Source: Chiloscyllium plagiosum
Taxonomy: Eukaryota
Reading direction: 5' to 3'
NCBI RefSeq assembly: GCF_004010195.1
Contig: NC_057735.1
Coordinates: 39,979,600-40,043,599 of the forward strand
DNA length: 64,000 nucleotides
Positions 25,551 to 38,966 of this stretch are shown in pieces (the stretch's first letter is position 1; each line of letters starts with the position of its first letter). Position numbers and translations under genes: made by a program. The notes below the pieces were generated by a model. That model saw nothing but the letters and a program-made list of their open reading frames with translations, made no database searches and was not told the DNA's origin.

Positions 25551-26349
25551 CTCTTCTTAGTGCTGCCCTCATTTATTGTACATTTTCACTCTTTCCTTAA
25601 AATAGTTGCCCTTCTGCTATTAAATGGATTCAGTTCTGTACTTAATCTCTGTACGGTTTTACCAACTGTAGAAAGATTCCTGGTTTATACTTGTCAAAGC
25701 GAAGTCACATTTCAATGATGAAGCAGATCAGAACTGGTCCTTGATAGAGTTTCACTGGCAGTGAAATTTTACAGCTCAGACTCTGCTGCTGACTGATCTG
25801 ATTGCTGGAGACAGCATTTCTAAAAATGGAACTGGACCACTAGACTGAAATAGGAAAGGAGAGCACAATTAAATGTATTGACACAGTGATGGCTAATATT
25901 ATTATGGTCAAAATTAATGTGCAGCAACAAAATGACAGCTGAGTTAGTCCACTAGGAATCTTCTATTTCTTATAAAAAACGACACCATTGTTTGCAATTT
26001 GACTTCCCTTTCTCACTGACTGCTTGCTGGGAACTGGTTCAAAAATATCAAACACCCTTCAACAGCTTTTCTGCGGACTCTTTTCACTTGAACCTTGAGA
26101 ATAATTGCTTTTGACACAGCTCAGTCATGTTCTGTTCTCCCATCATATCCATGGAAAATCCACTTCCATTATTGGACAATTATCAGGGACGAGAACTGTA
26201 TTGTTCCTTCCTAGTTTCAAATTGTGTTGCTCTTACCATTGGAATTGGCCCTAACTGCAGTGAGTGCTAAAAGATCTGTGCCTGTAATGTCCTCCAGTGA
26301 GGACACAATACATTGTCTGCCCAGACCTTTGCAAACACTGCGACAATCT

Positions 26350-26840
26350 GGAAACAAAATCTTCACCAGGATGTTGCCAGGAATGAAAACTCTCAGTTAT
26401 GGGGAGAGACTGGATATACTGGACTTGATTTCTTTGGAGCAGAGGAAGAAGACTGGGGGGTTCTGACTACTGTATACAAAGTTATGAGAGAGATATAGAC
26501 TAAGTGAATTGTGAGACTTTCTTCCCCGTGGCTGACGACTCTAAGACCAGAAGGCATAAATTTAATGTGAGGAACAAGTGGTTTAGAGGAGATCTGAGAA
26601 AAATCTTTTTCACCAGAAAGTAGTAGAAATATGGAACATGCTGCCTGAGTGGGTGGTGGAGGCAGGTACTTTTGCAACATTTAAGAAACAACTGGGTGGG
26701 CACTTAAAATGCCTGGGCATAGTAAGCTAAGGAGAAATGAGTGTAAATGGGATTAGTATAATTTATTGTCTGTTGGTCGGCATAGAAATGGTGAGCTCAA
26801 GGGTCTGTTTCTATTCTCTATGACTCTATAACTCTATGAC
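26350..26840 (+). mobile_element. Older CR1 3' fragment
   Basis: FTRMLPGMKTLSYGERL; (ctctatga)n tail. Confidence 0.8.
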
Positions 26841-27504
26841 TCCTTCTCATTTCACAAGCTGAAAAATAATAATTTTTAACTGGTGTTTGTGCCATCAAAT
26901 GAATTTATAGATAATCGCTTCTTGGTGAGTATTTAAAGTTACTTAGCTCACAATGTTTTATATTAAACTAAATGATTTGCCACAAAATTCTTCTAGCACT
27001 TTTCACATCATGGACATTCACCAAGGTTTAAATAGTGAAAGATCCATCTGGTATATTTGCTTCTACATTATCTTTTCTGGTGGGGATCAATAGACCTTAT
27101 TTATTATTGTGTGGTAGAAGTGACACTTGGCAGATTGCTCTCTGCCACACAGCAGTCAAAACTTCTATTTTCCAGTCTCTAGTTCCAAGTAAGAGTACAT
27201 CACCTTACACAACTGATGTCCATGTTTGCTCTTCAGCTTGATTTGGGACTGCTCCTACAGATTATCAGCACCAGTTATAATCTGTAACTTCCTCGGGGTG
27301 ACTAGTCCTCAACTCTGTGGAGTTCCTATCTCTCACTCACCCACTGCTTTGAGTCTATCGGGTCCTAAATGCTTTTTGTTGACTGTAGATTTCACCTTGT
27401 TGAATATTGTCATCGGGTTCTCTTCTGTAGAGATCTTGAAGGTTCAACTCTTTCTGTTGTTGTCTGTTTACATGAACAGCCTTATGCAGCTGTCTCTGAA
27501 GTTT

Positions 27505-28110
27505 TTGATTTAATTTGATTTGATTTATTATTGTCACGTACCTGGTACAGTGAAAAGTTTTATTTTGCTTGCAGTACAGACAGATCATACCATACAAAAT
27601 GCATTAGGGCAAAGAATACAATGTTACAGCTGTAGATAAGGTGCACAAAGAACCAGATCAACATTAAATTAAAAATTTGTGAGGTCAATTCAGAAATCTG
27701 ATAACAATGGGGAGGAAGCTGTTCTTGAATCTATTTGTACATGTATACAGACTTTTATACCTTCTGGCTGACAGAGATGGATAGAAGAGCCTATAATCAG
27801 GTGGGTGGGGTGTTTCATTATATTGGCTGTTTTCAACATTGGCAGTGGGGAGTATAGATGGATAGAAGGCTGGTTTGCGTGATGGATTGGAGTGTAAGTC
27901 AATGGATAGAAGGCTGGTTTGCGTGATGGACTGGAGTGGGTTCACAACTCTCTGTAATTTCTTTCAGTTCTGGGAAGAGCAGTTGTCAAATCATACTGTA
28001 TTGCATCCTGATAGAATATTTTCTGTGGTGCATCTATAAAAATTGGTAAGACTCCTTGAGAACATACTGAATTTCCTGAGGAAGTAGAGACACTGTTGTG
28101 CTTTGTGGTC
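27505..28110 (-). mobile_element. Rex1/Babar LINE 3' fragment
   Basis: RRYKSLYTCTNRFKNSFLPIVIRFLN; (TCAAA)n tail. Confidence 0.8.
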
Positions 28111-29239
28111 GTCATGTTTTGTTGACATTCTTTTGATATCCAACACCTACTGTCTAATAGTAAGACATAGCAACACTTACTATTGGCACCATGTCATAAA
28201 GTGAATCCTCACCACTGCCCATTGTGGCATATGAGCTGTCTAATGGATTTGCTGCCATGATCCTCTTTCCAGGTAGAAATCCACAGAGACTCTAAGCAAA
28301 ACCACTTAGATGTCTAATAAGAAGAGGCTCATGTCTTCCTCAAAGTGTATTTTGTTGCATTATAGCAACTAATTACAGGTTACATTGGTATGATAGTTAC
28401 AAAACTGAGGGACACACCTCAACAACAGGTCTTCTTCCAGTCCAAAGCTGTTATTTCACTTGCAGCATCATCACCACATTGCGCGATGCTTAATGCAATT
28501 CCCAGCATTAAGTTTTTCAGACTCTTACACCCTGATGCAACATTCGTTTGGGAGGTGGGTCAGTGGGGCTGCAGCAGTTTTCAGTTTGGTTTGTGCCATT
28601 TACTAAACAAAAACTGCTCCTAAAATCATCTGTACGCAACACTATAAGCTGATTATTAGAGTATGCAATGCATGTCAGTATGCAGGTACAGAACGTACTG
28701 CAACACAGTGAATCTGTTTTCATGGTTACACACAGCACTGGCTGAAACACCCAAGTTGACTTGCCAGTTGGATTTTGCACAGAAAAGGCAGCTGTCGTTG
28801 GATTAAATGTGCATTTAGCAAACAGTGAAATTGTTTGCACAACTGTTCCCATGGATAACAAACAGGGGAAAGAAAGCTGAAATGGGGATAAAATATTTGA
28901 AGAGAGAAAAGAAATATGAGGCAAAAAACCTGAACCAAAAGAGGAAGTAGATATAAAGTAGAGAGAGAGAGGTTCCTGAATAGGTCACAGAGTAAACACT
29001 GTCCAACACGGACCAGTTAGTGCGCAGTTAGAATCAAACCAAATCTGAGTCCATTATCACCAAACAGGGCGATAATATAGGGCTACCAATGCTGTTGAAA
29101 TGTTCAGACTTGGGAAGGGGAAAGGTCATCTTGGGAAGCTAATTCCAGATCTTGATTGCTTTCATTGACTTCCATTATAAAGGGTGAATGTTGGGTAAGG
29201 ACATGACAAAGTTTGATCAAATTCACCCAAAAAAGAATT

Positions 29240-29880
29240 ATTTATAAAATTTGTAAATGAACATTATATTGCAGTTGAAATTTGGCACAGTGAAAAAATA
29301 GTACAGTTCATTATTTTTCAATACAGTGCACAGTGCCTCACCACATTTACAATTACTAATTATATTTACAATTTACATTTTCATGTCACACATTCCCTGG
29401 TGCTGGTAGCAAGGAGTTTTCTACAGTTCAGGCCTTCAGCGTCAGTGGCCTTTAGTTCGTGGACTTTGCCCAATTGAGCCCTTTGACATTGGGCCCCCAA
29501 GCTTTATTTTCTCCTTCAGCACATAGTCTTGCACCTTAGAATGTGTCAGTTGGCAACATGCAGTCATAGACAGTTCTTTACACTAGAAAGATTTTGGTTA
29601 AACGCTCCCATGGTTGGATAACCTGAAGATGGTCATTGTCCAGAATATTCTGCTGAAGGGTCTCATCTGACACCTTGTTCTCTCTTCGAGATGCTAGCTG
29701 ACCTGTTGTGGGCTCCCCCAACAGGAAAATTCTCTTTAGTTGGGGATCTTGAGAGTAAATATGGATTCTGAAGGAATAAGTCTCCAGAATGGCAGTTTTA
29801 ATGGCCTGTTTCCTTACATTAACCTGGGTCCTGAATTGTTTTTTAACAAGAGTTTCTGCAAAAAGATTTCAAAGTAAAAA
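29240..29880 (-). mobile_element. Tx1/L1-like LINE 3' fragment, decayed
   Basis: Reverse strand about 29460-29585 reads CKELSMTACCQLTHSKVQDYVLKEKIKLG, resembling Tx1-type ORF2 C-termini. Confidence 0.5.
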
Positions 29881-29884
29881 AAAA

Positions 29885-30190
29885 CTCCTGCATCCTCAGG
29901 ATGTCACATAGCACTTCAGAATTAATTGGGTACTTTTCATTTGAAATAAGGTACTTGTTGTAATTCAGAAAATGTAGTTAAGTGGTAAATTATTGACCAA
30001 GATTTTAGGACGACCCTGCTACTCTTCTACAACATAGTACCATACATCAACAGATGGGGTCTTATATACCTCACTTAAATGCAACAACTCTGACAATGCA
30101 ACAATCTCATAATACTGTCCTAGCCTAGCGACAATGAACTCACAATCTTTTGACTCTAGAGGTGATAGTGTGGTCAATGACAGCTGAAGT
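29885..30190 (-). mobile_element. Deu-domain SINE (SacSINE1-like), decayed
   Basis: Reverse-complement similarity to 55355-55785. Confidence 0.5.
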
Positions 30191-30569
30191 ACTGTGACAA
30201 AGAAATCATCTCTTGATGTTTTTTTAAAAAATCTAAGTATAAATCTAATCTAGTCAAGTAAGTCACAATGGCAATTGTCCTTCTCGAATGGTCAGTATTT
30301 ATGCACACATCCTGATATTAAGAGTCAAACAGCCATCTATTATAGAGGATATCTTCGGTTAGCTTTGACCCAGTCCTCAACCCTTATTCATATATTTGCT
30401 CTTTCAGTAGAGGTCACTACATAGCGATCAGGTGTTAGAATCATTCTCTCACACTGGGAATCCAACTGTAGCATTGTCAAACCCCTACCATCTTTCAAAT
30501 AAAGGTAGTACACCTTAACCTGTGGTGAATGAACTGGACATCCCTAGGAGTCATCACGTAGTGAAGATG

Positions 30570-31020
30570 GTGACACTTATGCTGGTGGAATGGAGAAAGT
30601 CATTGACCCTCTTCCTACAAGTGGCTGAGCTGGTGGCTTTCCTTGGACTAGGTCAGCATGATCTTGTTTCATGGTCTCCATTGCTGGTCCTGGGGGGATG
30701 AGGATATTCCACCTCTGTAGCACACCATCCAGCAGAACCTGCATGTCCCAGCCTGCAAAGCAATGCCCTGGAAGTCTCATGTCTGTCATGTCTGGAGGAA
30801 GAGACAAAACCATCCAGGGCAGCTTTGAACTGATCGTGCTTGACCACAAATTGTTATGGGGGCAGTGTGTGGTGCTGGAGTCAGATTGGGCGATACTGTG
30901 GTGGTGGGGTAACGAGTTATGAGGCGAATTTAGTAAGATATGGTGAGAAAACCTGCTAGACCTTGTAGCGAAACGTCCTCCAAAAAAACCCCACACAACT
31001 CACAGCAAAAGAAATGGAAG
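30570..31020 (-). mobile_element. Harbinger-type Myb/SANT relic
   Basis: CFAGWDMQVLLDGVLQRWNILIPP; upstream non-coding part aligns with 34495-34580. Confidence 0.6.
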
Positions 31021-31639
31021 GTTAACTCTACGGCTTTCAAACTTCTGTGTCTTGGAATAATTTAGTGGTTATACCTAAAGTTCACGGTCTCCTTTTTAGA
31101 ACATAGGAAAACCACAGCAACAGGAATAAGCCTCACGTCTGCTGTTCAATTCGATCATGGCTGTTGGTAACTTCACTATCTAACTACCCTTGCTCCTTAT
31201 CTTTGATAATCTTACTTAACAAGTTTTGAACTTTACAACTGACCCTAGTCTTTGCAATATTGGGTTTCGGATTTCTGCTACCCATTGTGTGAAGTGTTTC
31301 TGGAAATCACTAAAATAAAAACAAAATACTGTAGATCCTGGAGATTGGAATAAAAACAAATTGTTGGAAACAAAATGTAATGATATGGAGTCATTTCAAA
31401 CTTGAAGCATTATTTTATTTTTTTCTCTCCACAGATGCTGCCAGACTTGCTGAGTTTCTCCAACACTTTCTGCTTTCTTCCAAAGAATTGCCCCTGAATG
31501 ACTTAGTTTATTATTAAGGCTTGATTCTCCATAATGTTTGAAATGTTCTTTTTCATTCATGGTATTGATTGCCTTCCTTAAATGCCCTGGAGAAGATGGT
31601 GGTGACTTGCTTGCTTGAATGACTGTAGTTTTGGATTAT

Positions 31640-31770
31640 TCCTGGTGGAGGGCTTATGCCCGAAACATCGATTCTCCTGCTCCTCGAATGCTGTCTGACT
31701 TGCTGTGCTTTTCCAGCCCTACACTTTTTGACTCTGATCTTTAGCATGTGCAATCCTCATTTTCTCTCTG
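31640..31770 (+). mobile_element. PLE pLTR fragment (family A), hammerhead core mutated
   Basis: cctggtggagggcttatgcccgaaacatcgattctcctgctcctcg. Confidence 0.75.
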
Positions 31771-32788
31771 GAGTTTTGGCGTGCAGGTACACTTACGGTA
31801 CTGTAAGGAATGGAGTTCCAGGATTATGACCCAGGAACAATGAAGGAACAATAATATCGTTCCAAGTCAGGGAGGTGTGTGGCTTGGCGGAAAGCTGCAG
31901 ATTGTGGTGTTCCCATGCGTCTGCCACATTTGACATTCTCGATGGTAAAGACCATGGGTTTGGAAAGTGCTGGTGAAGAAACCTTGGCATCTTTGCAGAT
32001 ACTACACACTGGTGCCACTGCAAGAACTCAATGTGAGTGGGGATGTGACCCATGCAAGCAACATTTAGGATGCCTTAGAGTCAGCATTGATTAACAAACG
32101 GAGGAAGTTTATCAGTTAGAAGAGGTTGGGGTATCGCAATTGGCCTCAGCAATTGCACTAGTGAGGGAAAGAAAAAGAGAGGGTTCTTGCTTCTGACCAT
32201 TATCCAAAGACTCCTCCTGAGCATGCATGGAAATTAATTAAGATCAACATCTGACAGGGGATGTAACGCCTTCTGTGACTGAATGGGCTATGCACCCTTA
32301 TTTCCAAAACCTGCAAATGAAGAAGAGTGATTTGGGAGAGGTGGAGCTGTACCCCATGCCAAGCTGAACTAAAGAAATGAGGTAATGAAAAGAAAACCAT
32401 TCTTTAAAAGAAACAAATGTATTTAAAACCTAACTTTAAAATCTGCAGCATTGTTGTTTTCTTTTCCTTTCTTCTTTCTTTGTGAAATATTCAAAGAATA
32501 ATAAAAAAAGGATTAGAGCATGAAAGTTAAGAGGAGATGTATTGGAAGGAAAATATCGAAGTCAGTTGGAAGAATGTTTGGATGAGGAGAGCTGCCTGTG
32601 ATTGATGGATCTGGTGACACTGACGATGACTTGATTGCAGGTTATTTTGGGCTGGGAGACCTCTCCTCCTCCTCTGTTCCCTTATTTAGTGCGTGTGGCA
32701 TTAGTATGACAGGGACCTCCCTCTTGCTCAGGATAGAGCTGCTGTGATTCTGTTCACATCGCACTGATCTGTCAGGTTTCAGTCCACA

Positions 32789-32922
32789 ATGGCTGAAAAG
32801 GAGACCAAAAACAACAACAAAGTAGTTAAGAAAGAAAAAAATGCAGAGGGTGAAACAGGTGAAGAGGCTGCCACAGAGAATTTGGAATTCCCTGAGCTGG
32901 GGCCTTTTGAAACAATTACAGG
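32789..32922 (+). CDS. APOBEC2: APOBEC2 coding exon 1 (MAEKETKNNNKVVKKEKNAEGETGEEAATENLEFPELGPFETITG)
   Basis: Kozak ccacaATGg; acidic N-terminus ending PELGPFETITG, similar to mammalian ELPPFEIVTG; phase-2 donor GG|gtgag joins in frame to exon 2. Confidence 0.92.
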
Positions 32923-34196
32923 GTGAGCATCGAACCTTTTTCTATCTAATAATGCCACTTCAGGAAAGAAGAGCAAGGTAGATATTTGTCTAACTATTGT
33001 TAAACATTTTTTTTTAACTCTGAGAAGAATGAACTATTTACCATGCTGATGTACGATACAGAACAAACTTACATCATTGACCAAGATGTGACAGACAAGG
33101 TTTAATTTTGACAAGAATGGTAAGAAATATGTTTGTCAGAGAAAAAGTGATTCATTGAATGTCAACTATAGTGTAGGTTACAAACGTTGGTATGCATTGT
33201 ATTTCAGTAATATTAGTCAATGTTATTTCCATGCTACTTCAGTGCTGGATTAATATGGCAGTGTGTTGGAATTTCAAAACCAATATTACAAGGACACTTA
33301 CCTGGTATTGAGTCTTACCTACTAGGAGTTCATATTGAGAAATTACAGGAACATTACTGCATAATTTGCCAGTCCATGATGAGTGAGTAACCTGGAGTGT
33401 TCTGGCAAAAATGAACAAGTGTGTTTGTACATATTATGCAGAATGTATAATTATGAATCTATATCCTACAAAGCAACAAATTCAATCTTAGTCACTTTGA
33501 GATGCAATAAGATGCTATATAGATGCAGAAAGTCTTCTTTATACACTGTATAATGTGCAACCTGCATGAAGTATATGTATCTAAACGTTTATCTGAAGGC
33601 TACTACTCTTAATTGTATGTGATAGGCATCAACTGCAGATTCACGTATGTTCTTATAAATACAAATGGAACAAAACTATGCTTTACTGGATGAGGAGGTG
33701 TCTGTTCATAATGTATATCTCTGTTAATAAATCCTCATCAACGTGTCTGAAGGCTAGATCCAGGTCTATCCTTCTGTACTAGGATTTTGGGAGTAGAACA
33801 CCCATGTCTAATACACTGGATGGTTGACTAGATTCATATACAACAGTGGAATTTCATTGATCCCAGGCTTGTTTGAATGAAAATCACACCAGATAATCAT
33901 CACTATTACTGAGTAGCTCGGTACAATCTCAGAGCGAGTTTCCCCATTTAGTTCAAATGTCTGTATATTCAGATATTTAAATGGTCTAGTCATACTAAGA
34001 ATGCTTAGTTCTAGTCTATACAGCCATTCTACCCATGATATTTCTCAGGGTTATTATCTCCTTTAAATCTGCTGGAGAACCTGACATAGTAGTGGAGGTA
34101 CAGGTACCCTGTCTACTTACAAGCTGTAGTTAGTTAGGTGTGCAGCATTCAGCCGAAGGAACTGTGAATTTACAGACTGTAATGTATGTTTTAAAA

Positions 34197-34423
34197 ATGA
34201 TGTGGAGGAGCCAGTGTTGGATGGGGTGGACAAAGTTAAAGATCACACAGCAGAAGGTTATTGTCCAACAGGTTTATTTGGTTGCCCTAGCTTTCAGAGC
34301 ACTGCTCCTTCATCAGATAGCTGTGATGAAGGTAACAGCTATCTGATGAAGGAGCAGCGCTATGAAAGCTAGTGCTTCTGAATAAACCTGTTGAACTACA
34401 ACCTGGTGCTATGTGATCTTTAA
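34197..34423. mobile_element. Head-to-head PLE pLTR hairpin (family B) with two hammerhead motifs
   Basis: 89-bp inverted arms 34236-34324 and 34335-34423; ctgatgaaggagcagcgctatgaaagctag at 34343-34372 and its inverse at 34287-34316. Confidence 0.85.
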
Positions 34424-34462
34424 ATATGTATTAAATAGGCAGTGTGACTCCTAGAAACACTT

Positions 34463-35240
34463 GGGACTAAATTGTACGTTTGGCTAAGTGTCAGTTTCAG
34501 GAGGGTTTCTCTCTGTGAGGTTGAGGGAATTTCCTCACTGCATCTTCCCAAGCTTGTCTAATTAATTACTAACCCAGCCCACTCCTCTTGTCTGATTCTG
34601 GCCCCATGTTACTACTTGCCATCGCTGGGGTATCCCAAAGTGGACTGGCATCCCTGGCACAGATGCCATCTTTAAAAGGCCATTGTGAATATGCTCAGTG
34701 CACAGCTGCCCTGCACAGTTCCTGACATTTGCCCCAGACATGAGTGTAAAGGGAAAATTAGTACCCCTGTTTATGTACAGGTCTGGAGATCCAGGTGGAT
34801 GGTCTGGTGCAGAGGACCAGCAGTGGATGCTATGACACCCAATCAGGTCAGTGTAGCCTCAGCCATCTGGAGGAATCCACATCAATGTAGGAAGAAGGTC
34901 AATAACCTCCACTCTGCCATCAGTACTGACCCATCCTATCTCCGATACCTTGCATCACTCTACTTCTGCACCTGGACCCACCTCCCACCAAGGGTCATTC
35001 TCTATTCCCCTGCAACATTTTCCCTCACTCACTCTCATCCTCCTCAACGCCCAATATCACTAATCCTTCATCCCCTGTGTACTGCCTACTTATTCAATCA
35101 GAACAGCACCCCACCTGCACCAACTGTAGGAACTGGGACAGTCACTTTCATTACTGTTAATATCTGCCTCTCTTTCTGGAAGAAACATAACCTGCAATAG
35201 GGCAGAAAGAGTCAAGAAAGATAATGAGCTGCCTAGCAAT
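34463..35240 (+). mobile_element. Harbinger-type Myb/SANT relic
   Basis: QVSVASAIWRNPHQCRKKVNNLHSA in ORF 34685-35200; homologous to 1850-2065 and 30570-31020. Confidence 0.6.
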
Positions 35241-36734
35241 TTGCTCTTCTCTGACTCTGACTGTCCTGATTGACTGACTAACTACATCCAAGCCCCTGGA
35301 TTGTATGGGAGGCTGCCCTTGACTAACTGTACCTCCTCACTGAAGGCTATTTCCCTCGATGTGACTGACAACCATGGCAAGCCTCCTGGCTTTGTGTCTG
35401 TGTTAAACAACAAAGCAATATGACAGTGCTATGAGCCTGGTATCTCTGGCTGAGGGGACAAAGAGGAAAAAGCGATGCAAGGCAGGAGAGCTGTGAGTGT
35501 GCAGGTATGCACAAAGAGGGTGAGCCTGTAAAGAGCAAGCAAACTGGCCGTGGTGCAGCTCTCTCCGTCCACGAGCACGCAGTGTCCTTACTGTAGCACC
35601 GCAATGACAGTTGCTGATGCAGTCTGAGGTGCAGCATTGAATTGGAGTCCTGGAAGTGGCTTGGAGATATGCCACAAGAGTTCCCAGAGACTGGCACATG
35701 TCAGATGCAAATATAAGTGGACATGGGGTTGCTGTGCCTGATGCCCATTGGGTGCATCCAGAGAAGATGGTGTCTAACATTTGAGACTGTTTGGAACAAA
35801 CAGAAAGCTTGTGCCCAGCTCCAACTTGCCTAGCAAGAATTCTCAATGCCTAGTTTGATCATGGCAGGTGATACTCTAGAAAGCTACATACTACTGAGGT
35901 GAGATCTGAAGTTAATTAGTTCATTAACAACCAATAATACTCCTTTCATAAGCAACTTACTGCTCCAGACGAGACTCTCATCTTTACACCTAGAACTTAG
36001 TTAAGGAGCAGCGCTCAGAAAGCTTGTAATTTCAAATAAACCTGTTGGACTATAACCTGGTGTTGTGTGATTTTTTAACTTTGCCCACCCCAGTCCAACA
36101 CAGGCACCTCCACATCTTAGTCAATAGGTGCAACAAACTGTTCCCAAAATCGAAGTAGGCTTTGCTGAACTTTTCATCTGATTCAGCCACCATAGCCCAG
36201 GCTGTTCAGGTTCTTCAATAAGATTCCATCATTAAAGAAATTGAGCCCTTTTAAAAAATATGTTATGTCATTGTTTATAATAAAATATGATGGTTGCTGC
36301 TGTATTGTGGAAATCCTGATTAACTGGTGAGTTAAGAAGGCTGAGCAACTGGTGACAAAGGAGTTGATTTATAATGACCTTTCTAACACACATGTGAACA
36401 GTCTGCTTAAAATAAAATAAAATAATTTGAAATTAATTAAAATAAACTAAATATATGCCAGTGGGAATTTAGATTTAAAGTTCAGACTCACAATAAAGAT
36501 AGTGGACAGCTTAACACTTTCTAATCAACTCATTCAGAGATGTTATTACTCACCATTGGAATCTAGGCCTCCTGGGTCAGAGGTGGAGACACTACCTCTT
36601 CACCACAAGAGCCTCAGGTTTCAGTCTTTTAACGCTAAGACTCAACACTGGCCCCAGCTCTTGGCCTCACTGTGAAATGTGAATCCCTTGAATTAAGTAT
36701 TGCTGCAATGGAAAAACCGACTGCACTCCTACCT

Positions 36735-37055
36735 GGGCGGCACCGTGGCACAGTGGTTAGCACTGCTGCCTCACAGCGTCAGAGACCTGGGTTCAATTCC
36801 TGCCTCAGGCGACTCTGTGTGGAGTTTGCACATTCTCCCCGTGTCTGCGTGGGTTTCCTCCGGGTGCTCCGGTTTCCTCCCACAATCCAAAAATGTGCAG
36901 GTTAGGTGAATTGGCCATGCTAAATTGCCCGTAGTGTTAGGTGAAGGGGTAAATGTAGGGGAATGGGTCTGGGTGGATTGCGCTTCGGCGGGTCGGTGTG
37001 GACTTGTTGGGCTGAAGGGCCTGTTTCCACACTGTAAGTAATCTAATCTAATCTA
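36735..37055 (+). mobile_element. Full-length, young HE1 SINE
   Basis: CpG-rich near-consensus copy, (AATCT)n tail, ctacct direct repeat at both ends. Confidence 0.92.
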
Positions 37056-37389
37056 CCTATTGTGTAGCCATGTGTTTCTCCAGTTCTGAAAAGGGTCACT
37101 GGACTCAAAATCGTAATTCTGTTTTCTCTCCCAGACCTGCTGAGTTGCTCCAACAATTTCTGTTTTTGTTTGTTTCTCCTATCTTTGTGAGTCTGTCTTG
37201 TGCTGATGATCCTTTTCCCCATTTGGTACGGCAAAGAAACAAAAGTGGACTGCTGACCTCTAATTATTAAAATTATCTTCATGAAGAAAGCAGATGATGT
37301 GGAGGTTAAACTGAAGGGGTGAAGGTAGTCATTGGTAGAATAGTAATGGAGTTTAGTAGTAAACAAACAATCTTACTAAACTTTGAGTC

Positions 37390-38590
37390 ACTTGGTCGAG
37401 ATAAAATGAACCTGTTGCTAAAATAAGCAAAAGTATAAATAGCAGAGGCACTGGTCCCAAGTTTTCAATTCTTATTGGATTCGAGAATAGTGTGGAGGAG
37501 TGGAGGATTATTAATGTTATAGCACTATTCAAGAAGGTGGAGGCCGCTACACTGAGAAACCATAGACTGGGCAGTCTAACATTATGGAGAGGTTATTGGA
37601 AACCATTAATATGTTCAGGGAAGCTCATGGTATAAGGAGAAAATGAGGAAATGAATGCAGTCTTAAGTTAGCTACAGGAAGTACAGAATGGTGGTGGATG
37701 AATGTTTTTCACACTCACGGTGCTCCTCAAGTGTCAGCTTTGTCTCTATTACGTGTCCCAGATTTGACAAACTAGGTTCACGTCTAGGTAGCAGCATTGT
37801 GAGGTTTGTAAATAGCACAAACCCTGGAAAAATATTGGATAGTGATGAAAATAATTTGTGGACTTCGTGATGACAAATGTATGATGGTGAAATGGGCAGA
37901 AGCAAAGTGTGCGGAGATCAATGCAGAGAGGTGTGAAATGACACACTTTGCAAGATCTACTTTTGAAAACAGTGTGCTGCTTATTACATGATTTGGAAAG
38001 TTTAAATGAGCAGAGAGACCTTCATGTTTATAAACAGAAGTCATTAAAGGTGGCAAGGCAAATTGATTAAACCAAAGCAGTTGAGTTAGAACATAAATGC
38101 AAAGAATCCATGCTCAAAACTTATAAAACACTGGAATATTCTGGACAATTTGGGGGAGTACACTTCAGGAAATATGTAAAGGTCTAAGAAAGGATGTGTA
38201 GGAAATTCACCAAGAAGTTATGAGGGAGAGGAACTTCAATCATGACATGAGGTTGGAAATTGTTCCCTTTTGAAATAAAGGCTAGAGTGGACATGATCGA
38301 GTTTATTAAAAATAGATAGAGAAAAATCACTAGTCGTCATATTTTCAAAATCAGTGACAAAAAACAATTTAGAGGAGAGATGAGAGAAATTGTTTGGAAT
38401 TTGGAAGACTTTACCCAAAGATATGATGGAAGCTGATGTCATAAATAATTATATAAAAGTATTTAAACAATTTCTTACAAATGAGGAATTTACAGGGTTA
38501 AAAAAAGGAGGGATGAGGTGGGATGAAGCAATTTTGTTTTATCGATGAATCAACAGAGGAACAATGGGCTTGCTGGTTTCTTTCTGAGTT
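37390..38590 (+). mobile_element. Highly decayed CR1 ORF2 fragment
   Basis: Degenerate EEWRIINVIALFKK and NHRLGSLT motifs, plus later CR1 3' motifs. Confidence 0.55.
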
Positions 38591-38770
38591 GTGAAGGTGC
38601 CAGTGTTGGACTGTTAAAAATCACACAACACCAGGTTATAGTTCAACATGTTTATCTGGAAGCACTAGCTGCTCTTTCATCAGGAGATTCTGTAATCTGT
38701 GTCAATATGTGTGATCTTCTTGGAGATCCTCTCCACTTTGAGCCGGCAGTTAGTGGTGTCAATGGTAGCC

Positions 38771-38966
38771 ATGATGTGGAGAAGACGGTGTTGAACCGGG
38801 GTGTACAAAATTAAAAGTCACACAACACCAGATTATAGTCCAACAGTTTGTTTGGAAGAGCGCTGCTCCTTCATCACAGCTACCTGATGAAGGAGCAACA
38901 CTCCAAAAGCTAGTGCTCCCAAATAAACCTTTTGGATTATAATTTGGAGTTGTGTGATTTTGAACT
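38771..38966. mobile_element. Head-to-head PLE pLTR hairpin (family B)
   Basis: Inverted arms about 38812-38876 and 38885-38963 around ccttcatcacagctacctgatgaagg. Confidence 0.8.

Noticed and set aside
36735-36810. tRNA genes at HE1 heads
   Set aside because: tRNA-derived SINE promoters that continue into the SINE body; no complete cloverleaf or terminator seen
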